A stretch of DNA of 64,000 nucleotides from a virus, in IMG/VR virus record IMGVR_UViG_3300025913_000025, positions 1 through 64,000 of that record. One strand, given 5' to 3'. This document shows, piece after piece, positions 8,814 through 18,126 of the stretch (its first letter is position 1; each line of letters opens with the position of its first letter). The notes under the pieces were generated by a model. The model did not search any database. It was given only the letters and a program-made list of their open reading frames with translations, and was not told where the DNA came from. A program made the position numbers and the translations under genes.

Positions 8814-9149
8814 TTGCCGCAAACGATGGCCGCTATTACCCCGAGTGAGATCATGAAAGACGAACGCGATCGCATGGATATCACGTCTCTGGGCATGCTC
8901 TCGCTCATCATCCTGGGCATTATCGCGATTTGCATCCAGTTTTTCCGTCCGATCCTCTTGCCCAGCCACAACCCATCCCATACCCAGCGTTACCGGATCA
9001 CGCAGGCGCTCACGCCGACCGACGTCCGAACCTGGGAGCATGCCGCTTGGGATCCCTACTATAACTCCAGGACATTGACTCAATTCACCGACCAGGCCAC
9101 CGGCAAGAAGCGGTTCATGACGACCGGGATTCTCATCGAAGAAGAATGA
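8814..9149 (+). CDS. membrane-anchored hypothetical protein (true start probably internal)
   Basis: Hydrophobic LGMLSLIILGIIAICIQFF. Confidence 0.6.
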   Translation: MPQTMAAITPSEIMKDERDRMDITSLGMLSLIILGIIAICIQFFRPILLPSHNPSHTQRYRITQALTPTDVRTWEHAAWDPYYNSRTLTQFTDQATGKKRFMTTGILIEEE

Positions 9150-9177
9150 TCTTTCCTTCCCAGCGAAAGGACAGACC

Positions 9178-10134
9178 ATGATCAGCGAGCAAGACGGAAC
9201 CTTGATGTATAACCGCAAGGTCGAGCGACTCGTCGACGAGCTTCGCGTCGCGATCAAAAAACACTGTGAGAAAACCGGCGAATCCTACAATCTCGCGATC
9301 ATCAATCCCGAGCTCTTGAACGCCGACGGAACTCCGCTCGCGACCCATGACGACGGCGCGATCGCCGCGGCGTTCTGGCGACGAGTCGCGCCGGCCCCGA
9401 CCGGCGAACTCCGTCGATGCCCGTTCTGCGGAGGGCGCACCCACGGCTACGAATCCGAGAAGGGCCGTTTCACACGATCCTGCACGACGTGCGGTGCCCG
9501 TGGTCCAATCGGAGATTCGATCGAATCGTCGCTCATGAACTGGCAGGTCCGCGTCCCGCCGCCGGCGCCCCGCGCAACCTCGGTTCTCCCGAACATCCAC
9601 GCCATCAGTGCGGACGTCGGCGCGAAGCTCGACGCCCTGGCCGTCGCCCTGGCCGAACTCCACAAGGCCACCGGCGAGGACAACAGGCTGATCTATCGTG
9701 ACTCGAACGTGGCGCTCGATATGTTCAATGGCGTGGCCACGCCTTCGCCCTACGGTCCCGTGCCACCGCAAAGGCTCGAGGTGACAGGGCCGTTCCGTGG
9801 CGACATGCAACTCCGCTCCGTGGCAACCTTCGACGAGATCCCGGGGAGGGTCGTCAAGAGCGTGCACGTCGGAAGTCCGAACGATCGCATCGCGATCACG
9901 ATTCTGTTCGCCGACAATTCCTTTGCCACGCTGACCACTGCTAGCACGCCGATCGATACAGTGTCGGGCGAAGGAGGCGAGCTTTACATGAAGCTCAACC
10001 CGATCACCGAGCCGCGCGACTTGCTCGACGCCGGCCTCATCGACGACGCTCGGTACGAGGCCATGCTGAAAGAGCGGGAGACAGCCGCCAAGATGAAGCA
10101 GTTCTACGACCTCAAGGCCGAACTCGGCCTCTGA
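9178..10134 (+). CDS. Mosaic protein with Lar-like (restriction alleviation) Zn finger
   Basis: ELRRCPFCGG...CTTCGARGP......NW. Confidence 0.65.
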   Translation: MISEQDGTLMYNRKVERLVDELRVAIKKHCEKTGESYNLAIINPELLNADGTPLATHDDGAIAAAFWRRVAPAPTGELRRCPFCGGRTHGYESEKGRFTRSCTTCGARGPIGDSIESSLMNWQVRVPPPAPRATSVLPNIHAISADVGAKLDALAVALAELHKATGEDNRLIYRDSNVALDMFNGVATPSPYGPVPPQRLEVTGPFRGDMQLRSVATFDEIPGRVVKSVHVGSPNDRIAITILFADNSFATLTTASTPIDTVSGEGGELYMKLNPITEPRDLLDAGLIDDARYEAMLKERETAAKMKQFYDLKAELGL

Positions 10135-10150
10135 CCCGAAAGGAACGACG

Positions 10151-10837
10151 ATGGGACATGACGAGACGACAGAGCGAGGTATCGACCGGTTCTGGTGGAG
10201 GAAGCGGTTCATGCTAGTTCCCGCGACGGAGACGACCGATGCAAAATTGGTTCTCAGGTCGTTTCCTGATGCTGATGTGTTTCAGGTCATCCGGGAGGCA
10301 TTCGCAGGAAAACCGACCGGTGTCTACAACGCGGACGTGGCCGCCTGCGCCGCATACTGCGAATACACAGCCGAGCATCCCGAGATGTCGCCCCGCGCGA
10401 TCCTGGGACCGGCATCACTCTCCTCCCCTGCGGAGGCGCCCGCGCCAGACAAACTTTGTTCCAGGGAATCCATTCTGGCCGGTATCTACGAGCTCAAATG
10501 GGACTGGCAACGCAAAGTGGACATGCTCATTTCTGCGGTCGAGGCGCTCCCGGATCACGCCGTCGCGCCAACCCCCAAGACACCCCTATTCACGCGCCGG
10601 ATGACCGAGATCCTCGAGAACCGGCGTGTGATCAATGGCTACTCGCCAATCGATCGTTGCGAAACCGCTGTTCTTTTCCTGGAGCGTCTCTCCAGCAACG
10701 CGAAAATGAACATCATCCAGCATCTCGTTGACCAGAAGGATGGGTCCCCGAGCGAGGTTGCCGCGAATTCGCTGCTCGACCTGGCGATCCTCTGTCAACG
10801 GATCGCCGAGGAACTGGCCAACTTCCCGCGGGAGTGA
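10151..10837 (+). CDS. hypothetical protein
   Basis: ORF with AAGGA RBS. Confidence 0.65.
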   Translation: MGHDETTERGIDRFWWRKRFMLVPATETTDAKLVLRSFPDADVFQVIREAFAGKPTGVYNADVAACAAYCEYTAEHPEMSPRAILGPASLSSPAEAPAPDKLCSRESILAGIYELKWDWQRKVDMLISAVEALPDHAVAPTPKTPLFTRRMTEILENRRVINGYSPIDRCETAVLFLERLSSNAKMNIIQHLVDQKDGSPSEVAANSLLDLAILCQRIAEELANFPRE

Positions 10838-10873
10838 GACCATCGAACTCCTGGCCACCATGAAAGGACAACC

Positions 10874-11089
10874 GTGGACGCGAAATCCCAAGAGCGTCAA
10901 CTGACGCCCAGCGAACTCGAGGACATCACGATCGCCCGGATCGAACACGGCGCGGTCGGACAGAATGCCGTCGCGTGCGGTCGCTGCAACCGGACGATCG
11001 AGCACATCCCGAACGATAGGTTCTTTAAGAACTGTCTCGTCATGGCCCCGTACTGCGACTGGTGCGAACACCGGGAGGAGAACTCGTGA
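10874..11089 (+). CDS. small Cys-rich protein
   Basis: CGRC...CDWC; AAAGGA RBS. Confidence 0.55.
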   Translation: MDAKSQERQLTPSELEDITIARIEHGAVGQNAVACGRCNRTIEHIPNDRFFKNCLVMAPYCDWCEHREENS

Positions 11090-11316
11090 AGCCCGGCTTC
11101 ACCCTCACACTGAGCCGCAACATCAAACACAAAGGCCAGGCGAACGAATGGACCGCGAGCGCTGACGGATTCCGCCCCGGGATCGGGCGCACGCGGCTCG
11201 AGGCCAAGGGCTCATTCTTCGGGGCGAACATGCCGGAGCTCGGCTGCGTTGGCCAGGTCGATATTGATCCCGAGAGCACGATGCCGCAACTGACCTGGAA
11301 GGCCTACAACCGATGA
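11086..11316 (+). CDS. hypothetical protein
   Basis: GGAGGAG RBS, GTGA overlap. Confidence 0.55.
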   Translation: MKPGFTLTLSRNIKHKGQANEWTASADGFRPGIGRTRLEAKGSFFGANMPELGCVGQVDIDPESTMPQLTWKAYNR

Positions 11317-11642
11317 AAAACCCGGTCTTGATCCGCGTTGAGAAACCGATCGGAGTCGAATGGGAGAACCCGTTTTCACCCGAGGAGTGGCCGCCCGGGG
11401 CGAGGATCGAATTCATGAACGCGACGGATCGGTTTGTGACGATATCGATTCTCAGTGATGGAAAACTGGATATGGAATTCACTTTACAGAAAGCATGCAG
11501 AAGCAAGGGTAAATTGGCTCCGTCGTACTTTAGCGTGTACTGCGAACGCTTCCATGACGATTTCGATGATCACGCCAAGGTCAAATTCCGCGCGAGTCAC
11601 CCGGGAGCATCCGTGGCGATTTACCTTACGTTTTACAAATGA
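11313..11642 (+). CDS. hypothetical protein, tandem paralogue A
   Basis: RVEKPIGVEWENPFSPEEWPP...ASHPGASVAIY. Confidence 0.7.
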   Translation: MKNPVLIRVEKPIGVEWENPFSPEEWPPGARIEFMNATDRFVTISILSDGKLDMEFTLQKACRSKGKLAPSYFSVYCERFHDDFDDHAKVKFRASHPGASVAIYLTFYK

Positions 11643-11679
11643 GCCTAATCACGGCTCAGACCCAAAAGGCCTACAACCG

Positions 11680-12039
11680 ATGAAGTTCCTCACCCGCGTT
11701 GAGAAGCCGGTCGGAATCGAGCCGGCGAACCCGTTCAATCCGGAGGACTGGCCACCGGTGCTCACGATTGACTTCTCCAACCCGACCGATCGGCCTCTGA
11801 AGGTCGCGATCAACCGCGACGATACGCCGTATTTCGTGATCATCGTGAACAAGGCGGAAATCGTCGCGGACCAGCTTTGCCCGGGCCGCGTCAAAATTCA
11901 ATGCGATCCCTTCGCTCTCGATCTCCGCGACCATGCGCGGATCAAGTTCTGGGCCAGCGCACCGGGAGCGTCCGTCGCGATTTACGTGACGTGTCGCGAT
12001 TTACGTCACGCCGTGCAAGACACCCGATCCTATCCCTAA
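11680..12039 (+). CDS. hypothetical protein, tandem paralogue B
   Basis: RVEKPVGIEPANPFNPEDWPP...ASAPGASVAIY. Confidence 0.7.
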   Translation: MKFLTRVEKPVGIEPANPFNPEDWPPVLTIDFSNPTDRPLKVAINRDDTPYFVIIVNKAEIVADQLCPGRVKIQCDPFALDLRDHARIKFWASAPGASVAIYVTCRDLRHAVQDTRSYP

Positions 12040-12059
12040 CCTTCAGCCACGGAGAAACC

Positions 12060-12602
12060 ATGCCCATCGTCGAACATGAAGACATGCGGGTCGCCATCGC
12101 CCGGGACGTGCTCGCCCAGCTCGATCGGGAGGACGTGCCGCTTCGGGTTAGCCCGGAAGGATACGTCTCCGGTTTTTATGAACCGAAAGATTGGTCGGCC
12201 GATCTTCAGCAAATTGTGGATGAAGTTAAGACGTATTGCGATGTCTGCGCATTAGGCGGATTGATCTTGAGTAAGGCGAGACTTTACGACTCGGTCCCGA
12301 TCTGCGAATTGCTTGAGGAGGACCCAGACGAGGCACCGGGCGAAGTTTTTGGAATTCAAGCAACCATTTACGAACAACTCGATCAGGTTTTTGGACAAGG
12401 CCAGCGAGAACTTATCGAGACGGCATTCATGGAGGTCCGATACTTCGCACGCGCGCTTTCAGAAGCGGAACGAACCAAAGCGGTTCGATATGGAGGCCAG
12501 TTCCACGACGATCGGCTTCGCCTCCGCGCGATCATGGAAAACATCATCGCCAATGGCGGCGAGTTCCGGCCGGAATCCCCAACCTCCGAGAAAGCCCAGT
12601 GA
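12060..12602 (+). CDS. hypothetical phage protein
   Basis: RVAIARDVLAQL...CDVCALG...RLRAIMENIIANGGEFRP; GGAG RBS. Confidence 0.7.
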   Translation: MPIVEHEDMRVAIARDVLAQLDREDVPLRVSPEGYVSGFYEPKDWSADLQQIVDEVKTYCDVCALGGLILSKARLYDSVPICELLEEDPDEAPGEVFGIQATIYEQLDQVFGQGQRELIETAFMEVRYFARALSEAERTKAVRYGGQFHDDRLRLRAIMENIIANGGEFRPESPTSEKAQ

Positions 12603-13855
12603 CCTACCAACTGATTCGCGGGGACTCGCGCAGGCTTCCGATCGCCGATCGAAGCGTGCATTGCGTGGTGACGAGCCCCCCCTATTTCGCTTTGAGAGAC
12701 TACGGCGTTACGGGGCAGCTTGGACTTGAGCCCACCCCGCGAGCCTATGTCCAAGCGATGCTCCAAGTATTCGCCGAAGTCCACCGCGTGATGCGTGATG
12801 ACGCCACGCTTTGGTTGAACATCGGCGACAGTTTCTTTGGCGGTGGCTACTCAAACCACGCGGTCAACGGGGAAGAGTGGAAGACCGCAATGAACGGCGA
12901 CAAGCGGCGTTCGCGCCAACAGGACCTAAAGCGCGCGAACCCGCAACTCAAGCCGAAAGACTTGATCGGCATCCCGTGGATGCTCGCATTTGCTCTGCGG
13001 GACGAACTGGGATTCTACCTGCGGTCGGACGTGATTTGGCACAAGCCGAATCCGATGCCAGAGAGCGTGACGGATCGCCCGACGAAAGCGCATGAATATT
13101 TGTTCCTGTTATCCAAGTCGGCGGATTACTTCTATGACGCCGAAGCGGTGACCGAAGATGCGATCACGGATGCGCCGCGTGAGCACTGGACGGAGCGGGA
13201 CTACGACCAATCAATGCTCGCCCACAAACAAGCGAACGGCGTGAAAGGCAGACCGATCGGTGTGGCCGGATACACGGCGCCCGGTCGTCGCAACCGGCGC
13301 TCCGTCTGGACTATCACCACGAAACCGTTCAAGGGCTCGCATTTCGCCGTGATGCCTTCCGATCTCGTCAAGCCCTGTATTCAAGCCGGAACATCCGAGA
13401 AGGGCTGCTGCCCTGAGTGCGGCTCACCGTGGGAACGGGTTACGGAAAAGGATTCCGTTCAGACCTTCGATTATGAGGGAAAGAACGCCTCGCAAGACCC
13501 CCAGTTTTCGCAACGCCGAATGCTGGCGAACATGCGGGCCAGACGTAAACAAGGCCATCCCCACGACAACCCGTTCCCATCAAAGAAAACCCTCGGCTGG
13601 CAACCCTCCTGCTCCTGCGGCACCGGCGAACCGGTCCCCTGCACGGTCCTCGACCATTTCAACGGCGCGGGGACGACCGGCGTGGTCGCCCTCGCGCTCG
13701 GCCGCCGCTACATTGGCGTCGACCTCAGCGCCGATTATCTCGCGATGGCTCAGCGCCGGATCGACCGACCTCACGCGCTGCCGGTCCGAACGGCGAGCAA
13801 ACCCGAAGATCACCCGCTCCTGGCTAATCTCGACGATCCCGATTCCCCAACCTGA
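12599..13855 (+). CDS. DNA methyltransferase, N4C/N6A beta class, with Zn-finger insertion
   Basis: TSPPY, WHKPNPMPESVTDRPT, HFAV, LDHFNGAGTT; CPECG...CSC insert. Confidence 0.93.
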   Translation: MTYQLIRGDSRRLPIADRSVHCVVTSPPYFALRDYGVTGQLGLEPTPRAYVQAMLQVFAEVHRVMRDDATLWLNIGDSFFGGGYSNHAVNGEEWKTAMNGDKRRSRQQDLKRANPQLKPKDLIGIPWMLAFALRDELGFYLRSDVIWHKPNPMPESVTDRPTKAHEYLFLLSKSADYFYDAEAVTEDAITDAPREHWTERDYDQSMLAHKQANGVKGRPIGVAGYTAPGRRNRRSVWTITTKPFKGSHFAVMPSDLVKPCIQAGTSEKGCCPECGSPWERVTEKDSVQTFDYEGKNASQDPQFSQRRMLANMRARRKQGHPHDNPFPSKKTLGWQPSCSCGTGEPVPCTVLDHFNGAGTTGVVALALGRRYIGVDLSADYLAMAQRRIDRPHALPVRTASKPEDHPLLANLDDPDSPT

Positions 13856-13866
13856 AAGGATCCTCA

Positions 13867-14511
13867 GTGCTCGTCCTCTTCAACAACACGATCCTCGACG
13901 TCACCCGGATCGCCGCCGCGGTCCGGGATCCCGCAGCCGATGAAGTGACCGTCAGTTTCGCCGTGGGAAACGACATCATCCAGGAGACGTTCACCGGACC
14001 CGAGGCGGCGGGGATCTGGTCCTTCCTGCGCGAGCGCGTCCAGGAAGTCCGCCCCGCCGTCGCCGATTCCGGGCCCGCGGTCGCACCGGCTCCCGCTCCG
14101 GCCGCACCCGAGGCACCCGCGCTGGTCGTGATTCCCAACTCGCTCGATCCGCGGCTCGCAAACCTGCTCAACAACGCCCCGGCGTTCGTTCCTCGAGATC
14201 CCAAACGCTTCGCGCAGACCCCGGACGAGATCAAGGCCATGGTCGCTGCGGCAAGCGCACCGGTCGCGCCCGCATTCCCGCAGGTCGAACCCCCGCCCGT
14301 CCCAGAAGCCACGCCGGCCGAACCAGAGGACTCCGGCCACGCTGGAGGCACGTTCGCCGAGGTCGTGGAAATCCTGAACCGCTACAAGGAGGCTCTCACC
14401 GCGATCGCCGACACAGCTCTCAATCCCCACGAGGGCCTGAGCGGGTCGACGCTCCGGGCCGTCGGAATTTACGCTCGATCCGTGATCCGCATGGTGGAGG
14501 AACCGAAATGA
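13867..14511 (+). CDS. hypothetical protein (paralogue series 1/3)
   Basis: N-terminal domain similar to next two genes; Pro/Ala linker. Confidence 0.65.
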   Translation: MLVLFNNTILDVTRIAAAVRDPAADEVTVSFAVGNDIIQETFTGPEAAGIWSFLRERVQEVRPAVADSGPAVAPAPAPAAPEAPALVVIPNSLDPRLANLLNNAPAFVPRDPKRFAQTPDEIKAMVAAASAPVAPAFPQVEPPPVPEATPAEPEDSGHAGGTFAEVVEILNRYKEALTAIADTALNPHEGLSGSTLRAVGIYARSVIRMVEEPK

Positions 14512-14828
14512 TCCTGCTCAAACTCGGTGGAGAACTGATCAGTCTCGAGCTTCTCGTCAGAGTTGAATACAACGACGACAGCGACTATGGCCCGGATGGC
14601 GACGTGACAATCTCGCTAGTGAATGGGACATGCCTTAGTTATTACGGAGACACCGCGAAGGCCCTCCGGTGGCTGTTCGACAAGGTTCTTCCCAACTGGA
14701 ACAACAGCGGAATCAGGTCGGCCCGAGTCGTCTGGAACGTCGTCGACGACTGGAAACAGTCACTCGTAATTGCCGAAATGATCGCACAAAGGGAGAAATC
14801 AAACAAACTTACGGAGAACCCCCAGTGA
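14508..14828 (+). CDS. hypothetical protein (paralogue series 2/3)
   Basis: ATGA coupling, GGAGG RBS. Confidence 0.65.
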   Translation: MILLKLGGELISLELLVRVEYNDDSDYGPDGDVTISLVNGTCLSYYGDTAKALRWLFDKVLPNWNNSGIRSARVVWNVVDDWKQSLVIAEMIAQREKSNKLTENPQ

Positions 14829-15085
14829 TCATCCACATCGGCGGAGAGTACATCAACACCGATCAGATCGCCCGGGCATACGTCCATCCAGGTTTGGTGA
14901 CGATCTTCTTCAACGGGGCCCAGACCGGCGTGGCCTACATGGGACACCAGGCAAAATGTCTCGCCTGGTACTTCGAGAACATGAACGACTTCATGGCTTC
15001 GAATCCGAACCGGCTGGTCGACCTGGCCGGGCTGCTCGAGCGCGTCGACGAGTCCAAGGTTGACGGCCCCCCGAGCAGGAGCTAG
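14825..15085 (+). CDS. hypothetical protein (paralogue series 3/3)
   Basis: GTGA coupling; IIHIGGEYINTDQIARAY. Confidence 0.65.
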   Translation: MIIHIGGEYINTDQIARAYVHPGLVTIFFNGAQTGVAYMGHQAKCLAWYFENMNDFMASNPNRLVDLAGLLERVDESKVDGPPSRS

Positions 15086-15121
15086 GATCAACACGTCCTT
15101 TGGAGGTTGCGATTGGGAAGC

Positions 15122-15153
15122 GGGAAGGCCCCGGGTAACACTGGGGTCTTTCC
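15122..15153 (+). terminator. GC-rich hairpin, possible terminator
   Basis: GGAAGGCCCCGG-GTAACA-CTGGGGTCTTTCC after end of operon; weak U tract. Confidence 0.4.
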
Positions 15154-15363
15154 GTGCGCGGCGCGGGAGGAGATTCCGTGAAGAACGGACTTGCGAAGTG
15201 ACGGGAACCGAGTAGATTTGATCGAGCAAAGAGAAAAGCCCAAGGCACGAACCTTGAGCTTTTCAGAATTTCGGTGGGCAACCACGCCCGATTTCAGCGA
15301 CACGCACCACACCCCCGTGAGGAGCAATGTCTGTGACGATCACCCGAGGAAGGACGAACGTCT

Positions 15364-16410
15364 GTGAGTATTAATCGCACACCGCGCAAATCACGTCAAC
15401 CCAAGAACCCGCAAATCTTTGCGGTTTTTTCGAGCCTCACCTACACCGTCGGACGCGACAAGCGGCTCAACGCGACGGATCGTGCCGTCCTGAAAGTACT
15501 TGCGCTGAATTCATGGCACACTTACGAAGTTCGGATCTCGGTCAAGAGGCTCGGGGTTTTCGTGGACCGTTCGCGCCGGACGATCCAGCAGACGCTTGGG
15601 AAGCTCAACCGCCTGGGCTATATCGAGACCGTGATTGACCCCACGCTCAGGATCGGTCGCTTCTACGTTTTGCTCTGGCTGCGCAACAAGAAACGGCCGG
15701 AAATCGTGCCCGATCCCGGCGCGAAACCGAAGCGGCGCCTGCGCCCCGTAAATTGCCCGGAGATAACAGTCTGCAATAGCGCCTCGGAGAGCTCTTTTGA
15801 CAAACCAGAAGGCGCTTCGAATCCGGAATCCAGCGCGCAGCCGGTTAAACCTCGGCCTCGGTCTCAGCCTCGACGTTCGCGAAAGCCCAAAAACCAGACC
15901 GCCCGACCGAAGCGCGCGCAGAAAAAAAAGGAAAAACGGAGGATGGGTAAATTTGGGCGCGAAATTTTCGCTCCCGACAAGCCAGCAAATCCGGCCGGAC
16001 TCGACGAAGACGCCCTCCGGAGCCTGCTTTTCACAATCAACGACTTCCGAACGACGAACCAGGGCCGGCGCGAAGCCGTCAGCCAGGCGGCTTCGATGCT
16101 CGCGGACGGCCTCGGGGACCAGCACAGTCTCCGCGGGCATGCCGGCAATCTCTGGACGATGTACCGGAACGGCTACTCGCAAAACGCCGTATTCACCGCT
16201 CTGGGCGATGTTTACGAAAAGATGGCCGGGAAATTCGGCGAGCATCCCGGGAAGTCTTACCAACGGAAATTGGGCAATTTGTGGCGGATCGAGGACGAGT
16301 CACGTCCCTGTTTCGACGGCGACACGTATTACACGCTGGCCGGAGGTGAGACGCTCAAGGCGTTCGACCGGCGACAGGCTGCCTGGAGGGCGAGTCGTGC
16401 GAACGCCTGA
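15364..16410 (+). CDS. HTH-domain replication initiator-like protein
   Basis: N-terminal winged HTH (SVKRLGVFVDRSRRTIQQTLGKLNRLGYI), basic linker, helical C-terminal domain. Confidence 0.6.
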   Translation: MSINRTPRKSRQPKNPQIFAVFSSLTYTVGRDKRLNATDRAVLKVLALNSWHTYEVRISVKRLGVFVDRSRRTIQQTLGKLNRLGYIETVIDPTLRIGRFYVLLWLRNKKRPEIVPDPGAKPKRRLRPVNCPEITVCNSASESSFDKPEGASNPESSAQPVKPRPRSQPRRSRKPKNQTARPKRAQKKKEKRRMGKFGREIFAPDKPANPAGLDEDALRSLLFTINDFRTTNQGRREAVSQAASMLADGLGDQHSLRGHAGNLWTMYRNGYSQNAVFTALGDVYEKMAGKFGEHPGKSYQRKLGNLWRIEDESRPCFDGDTYYTLAGGETLKAFDRRQAAWRASRANA

Positions 16411-16440
16411 ACCCGGATTCGTTTCACCAGGATAAACGCC

Positions 16441-16776
16441 ATGACTAATTCTCCCGAGATCCGAGTCAATGTCCCCGATCTCAAAAGCGAACTGAGTCCC
16501 AACGGAGGCATGCGAATCTCAGCCTCGAACGCCGTCCGTTCCTTCCAGGCCGTTTTACGCAGAATGCCGGGGGAGATGATTTACACGACCGACGAATTCG
16601 GCGTTCGGCAATCGAAAGGCTGGGTCGCGGTGGATACAATCGAAGATATCGAGCGCGCGACTGCGGAACTGCTGCTTTGGACGGCAACAGCCAAGGTCGG
16701 CGAGGTAGCGGCTCGCATCTCGAAAGTCGCTCACCTGCGCCGCGGTGGTCTACTCGCGGCGCTCGATGAAGTCTGA
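16441..16776 (+). CDS. hypothetical protein
   Basis: ORF. Confidence 0.55.
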   Translation: MTNSPEIRVNVPDLKSELSPNGGMRISASNAVRSFQAVLRRMPGEMIYTTDEFGVRQSKGWVAVDTIEDIERATAELLLWTATAKVGEVAARISKVAHLRRGGLLAALDEV

Positions 16777-16788
16777 AGAAGGATTCCG

Positions 16789-17034
16789 ATGACCTACGCT
16801 CAATCCGTCGCCTGCGTCAGACCGATTGCTTCGAGTGAGGCCGTGATCGCCGCCTTCACGGCTTTCGGTCGCGAGCATATCCGAAGCATGGGGCGAGGAC
16901 GCATCGCCTTCATCGGCCGCGTGATCCATGACGGCAAAGAAACGATCGAGGTGCGCGGAGGTCGTCGCACGCTCGATCGGATTCCGGACACATTCCAGGG
17001 ATTCCCGGTCCTCAAGATCATCTTCACGCCCTGA
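16789..17034 (+). CDS. hypothetical protein
   Basis: AAGGA RBS; IPDTFQGFPV. Confidence 0.55.
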   Translation: MTYAQSVACVRPIASSEAVIAAFTAFGREHIRSMGRGRIAFIGRVIHDGKETIEVRGGRRTLDRIPDTFQGFPVLKIIFTP

Positions 17035-17767
17035 TGCCCGGCAGATCCGCGGCATAGCTCACCGCATCGAACGCACCGAGCGGCTTCCACTCGTTCGACG
17101 TGATCGGGTAAGCCTCATCCCAGAACGTCGCGATGAAGTCGTAGCTCATCTTCTTCGGCTTGCCCCACGTCACCGTCCAGACCCAGTTGTCGTCATAGCC
17201 GAGGAGCGGGACACAGTGGCCGCCGACGCTCGGCGAGCCATCCACGACCGTCCAGGGTTCGTCGTTATCGAATTGGTCGAAGGCCGACTTCGGGCAGTTG
17301 AAGCCCATCGGAAAGGGCCCGAGCGTGGCCAGGGCGCGGCGGATCTGGTCGTCGTCCCGCGTGAAGACGTTCAGCGTCGAGCAGCCGGTGATCTTGTGCC
17401 GGTTCACGCCGATCCCGATCGTCTGCCAGTAATGCAGCGCATCGAGCATGTTCGTGCCCGGCCCGGGAGGTGGTCCGTTTGCCGGGTAGCCGGTGATCTC
17501 GCGCCAGTCTTGGATGACGACGTCGTCGGGAGGGTTGTTGTAGTGTCCGTTGTTCTTCGTGACGACCTGGATGATGATCGCGAACGCGGTCGTCACGCAG
17601 TCCGACCAGATATGGTTCCCCTTCGCCGACCACGGGAGCGGGACGTTCTGCGCCCAGTGGATCTCCTTGGGGAGATTGGACTGCGACGGCGGGACGTATT
17701 TCGCGAACTGGAGGGACCTAGGATCGTGGCGGGCGGGGAGCTTGCCGAGCTGGCCGTGAAGAGACAT
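17024..17767 (-). CDS. papain-like (C1-type) cysteine peptidase
   Basis: GN..SDCVTTA catalytic Cys; GGHCVPLLGYD catalytic His; VTWG. Confidence 0.7.
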   Translation of the reverse strand: MSLHGQLGKLPARHDPRSLQFAKYVPPSQSNLPKEIHWAQNVPLPWSAKGNHIWSDCVTTAFAIIIQVVTKNNGHYNNPPDDVVIQDWREITGYPANGPPPGPGTNMLDALHYWQTIGIGVNRHKITGCSTLNVFTRDDDQIRRALATLGPFPMGFNCPKSAFDQFDNDEPWTVVDGSPSVGGHCVPLLGYDDNWVWTVTWGKPKKMSYDFIATFWDEAYPITSNEWKPLGAFDAVSYAADLPGIRA

Positions 17768-17844
17768 TCCAGGTGACTCCGACGTGCAAAGACAGGCGTT
17801 GAACGACCGTAGACGGTCATTCTAACCTGAGCTTGCGCGGGGAG

Positions 17845-18057
17845 TCACGCGAGGCCGGCGAGGAACTTGATCGCGAGGATTCCGATCACGGCGGCCAGGA
17901 CAATCCAGAGGATCGTGATGATGAACGGCGGAATCGTGACCCCCATCTGGCGGGTAATCACGAAGACAACGCCGATGACGGCCGCGATCAAGATGATGGC
18001 GATCGCGTAGTAAACGATCGTCCCGGACACCATGGCCTGCGCGAAGAGGGAGAGCAT
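17845..18057 (-). CDS. two-TM membrane protein, holin candidate
   Basis: 70 aa, two hydrophobic helices separated by RQMGVTIPP. Confidence 0.6.
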   Translation of the reverse strand: MLSLFAQAMVSGTIVYYAIAIILIAAVIGVVFVITRQMGVTIPPFIITILWIVLAAVIGILAIKFLAGLA

Positions 18058-18126
18058 TCGACGCTCGATTCGTGTGAGAGAAGAGCGCGGGCGGAAACCC
18101 GTTTCCCTCTCTCAGACGTGCGAATC

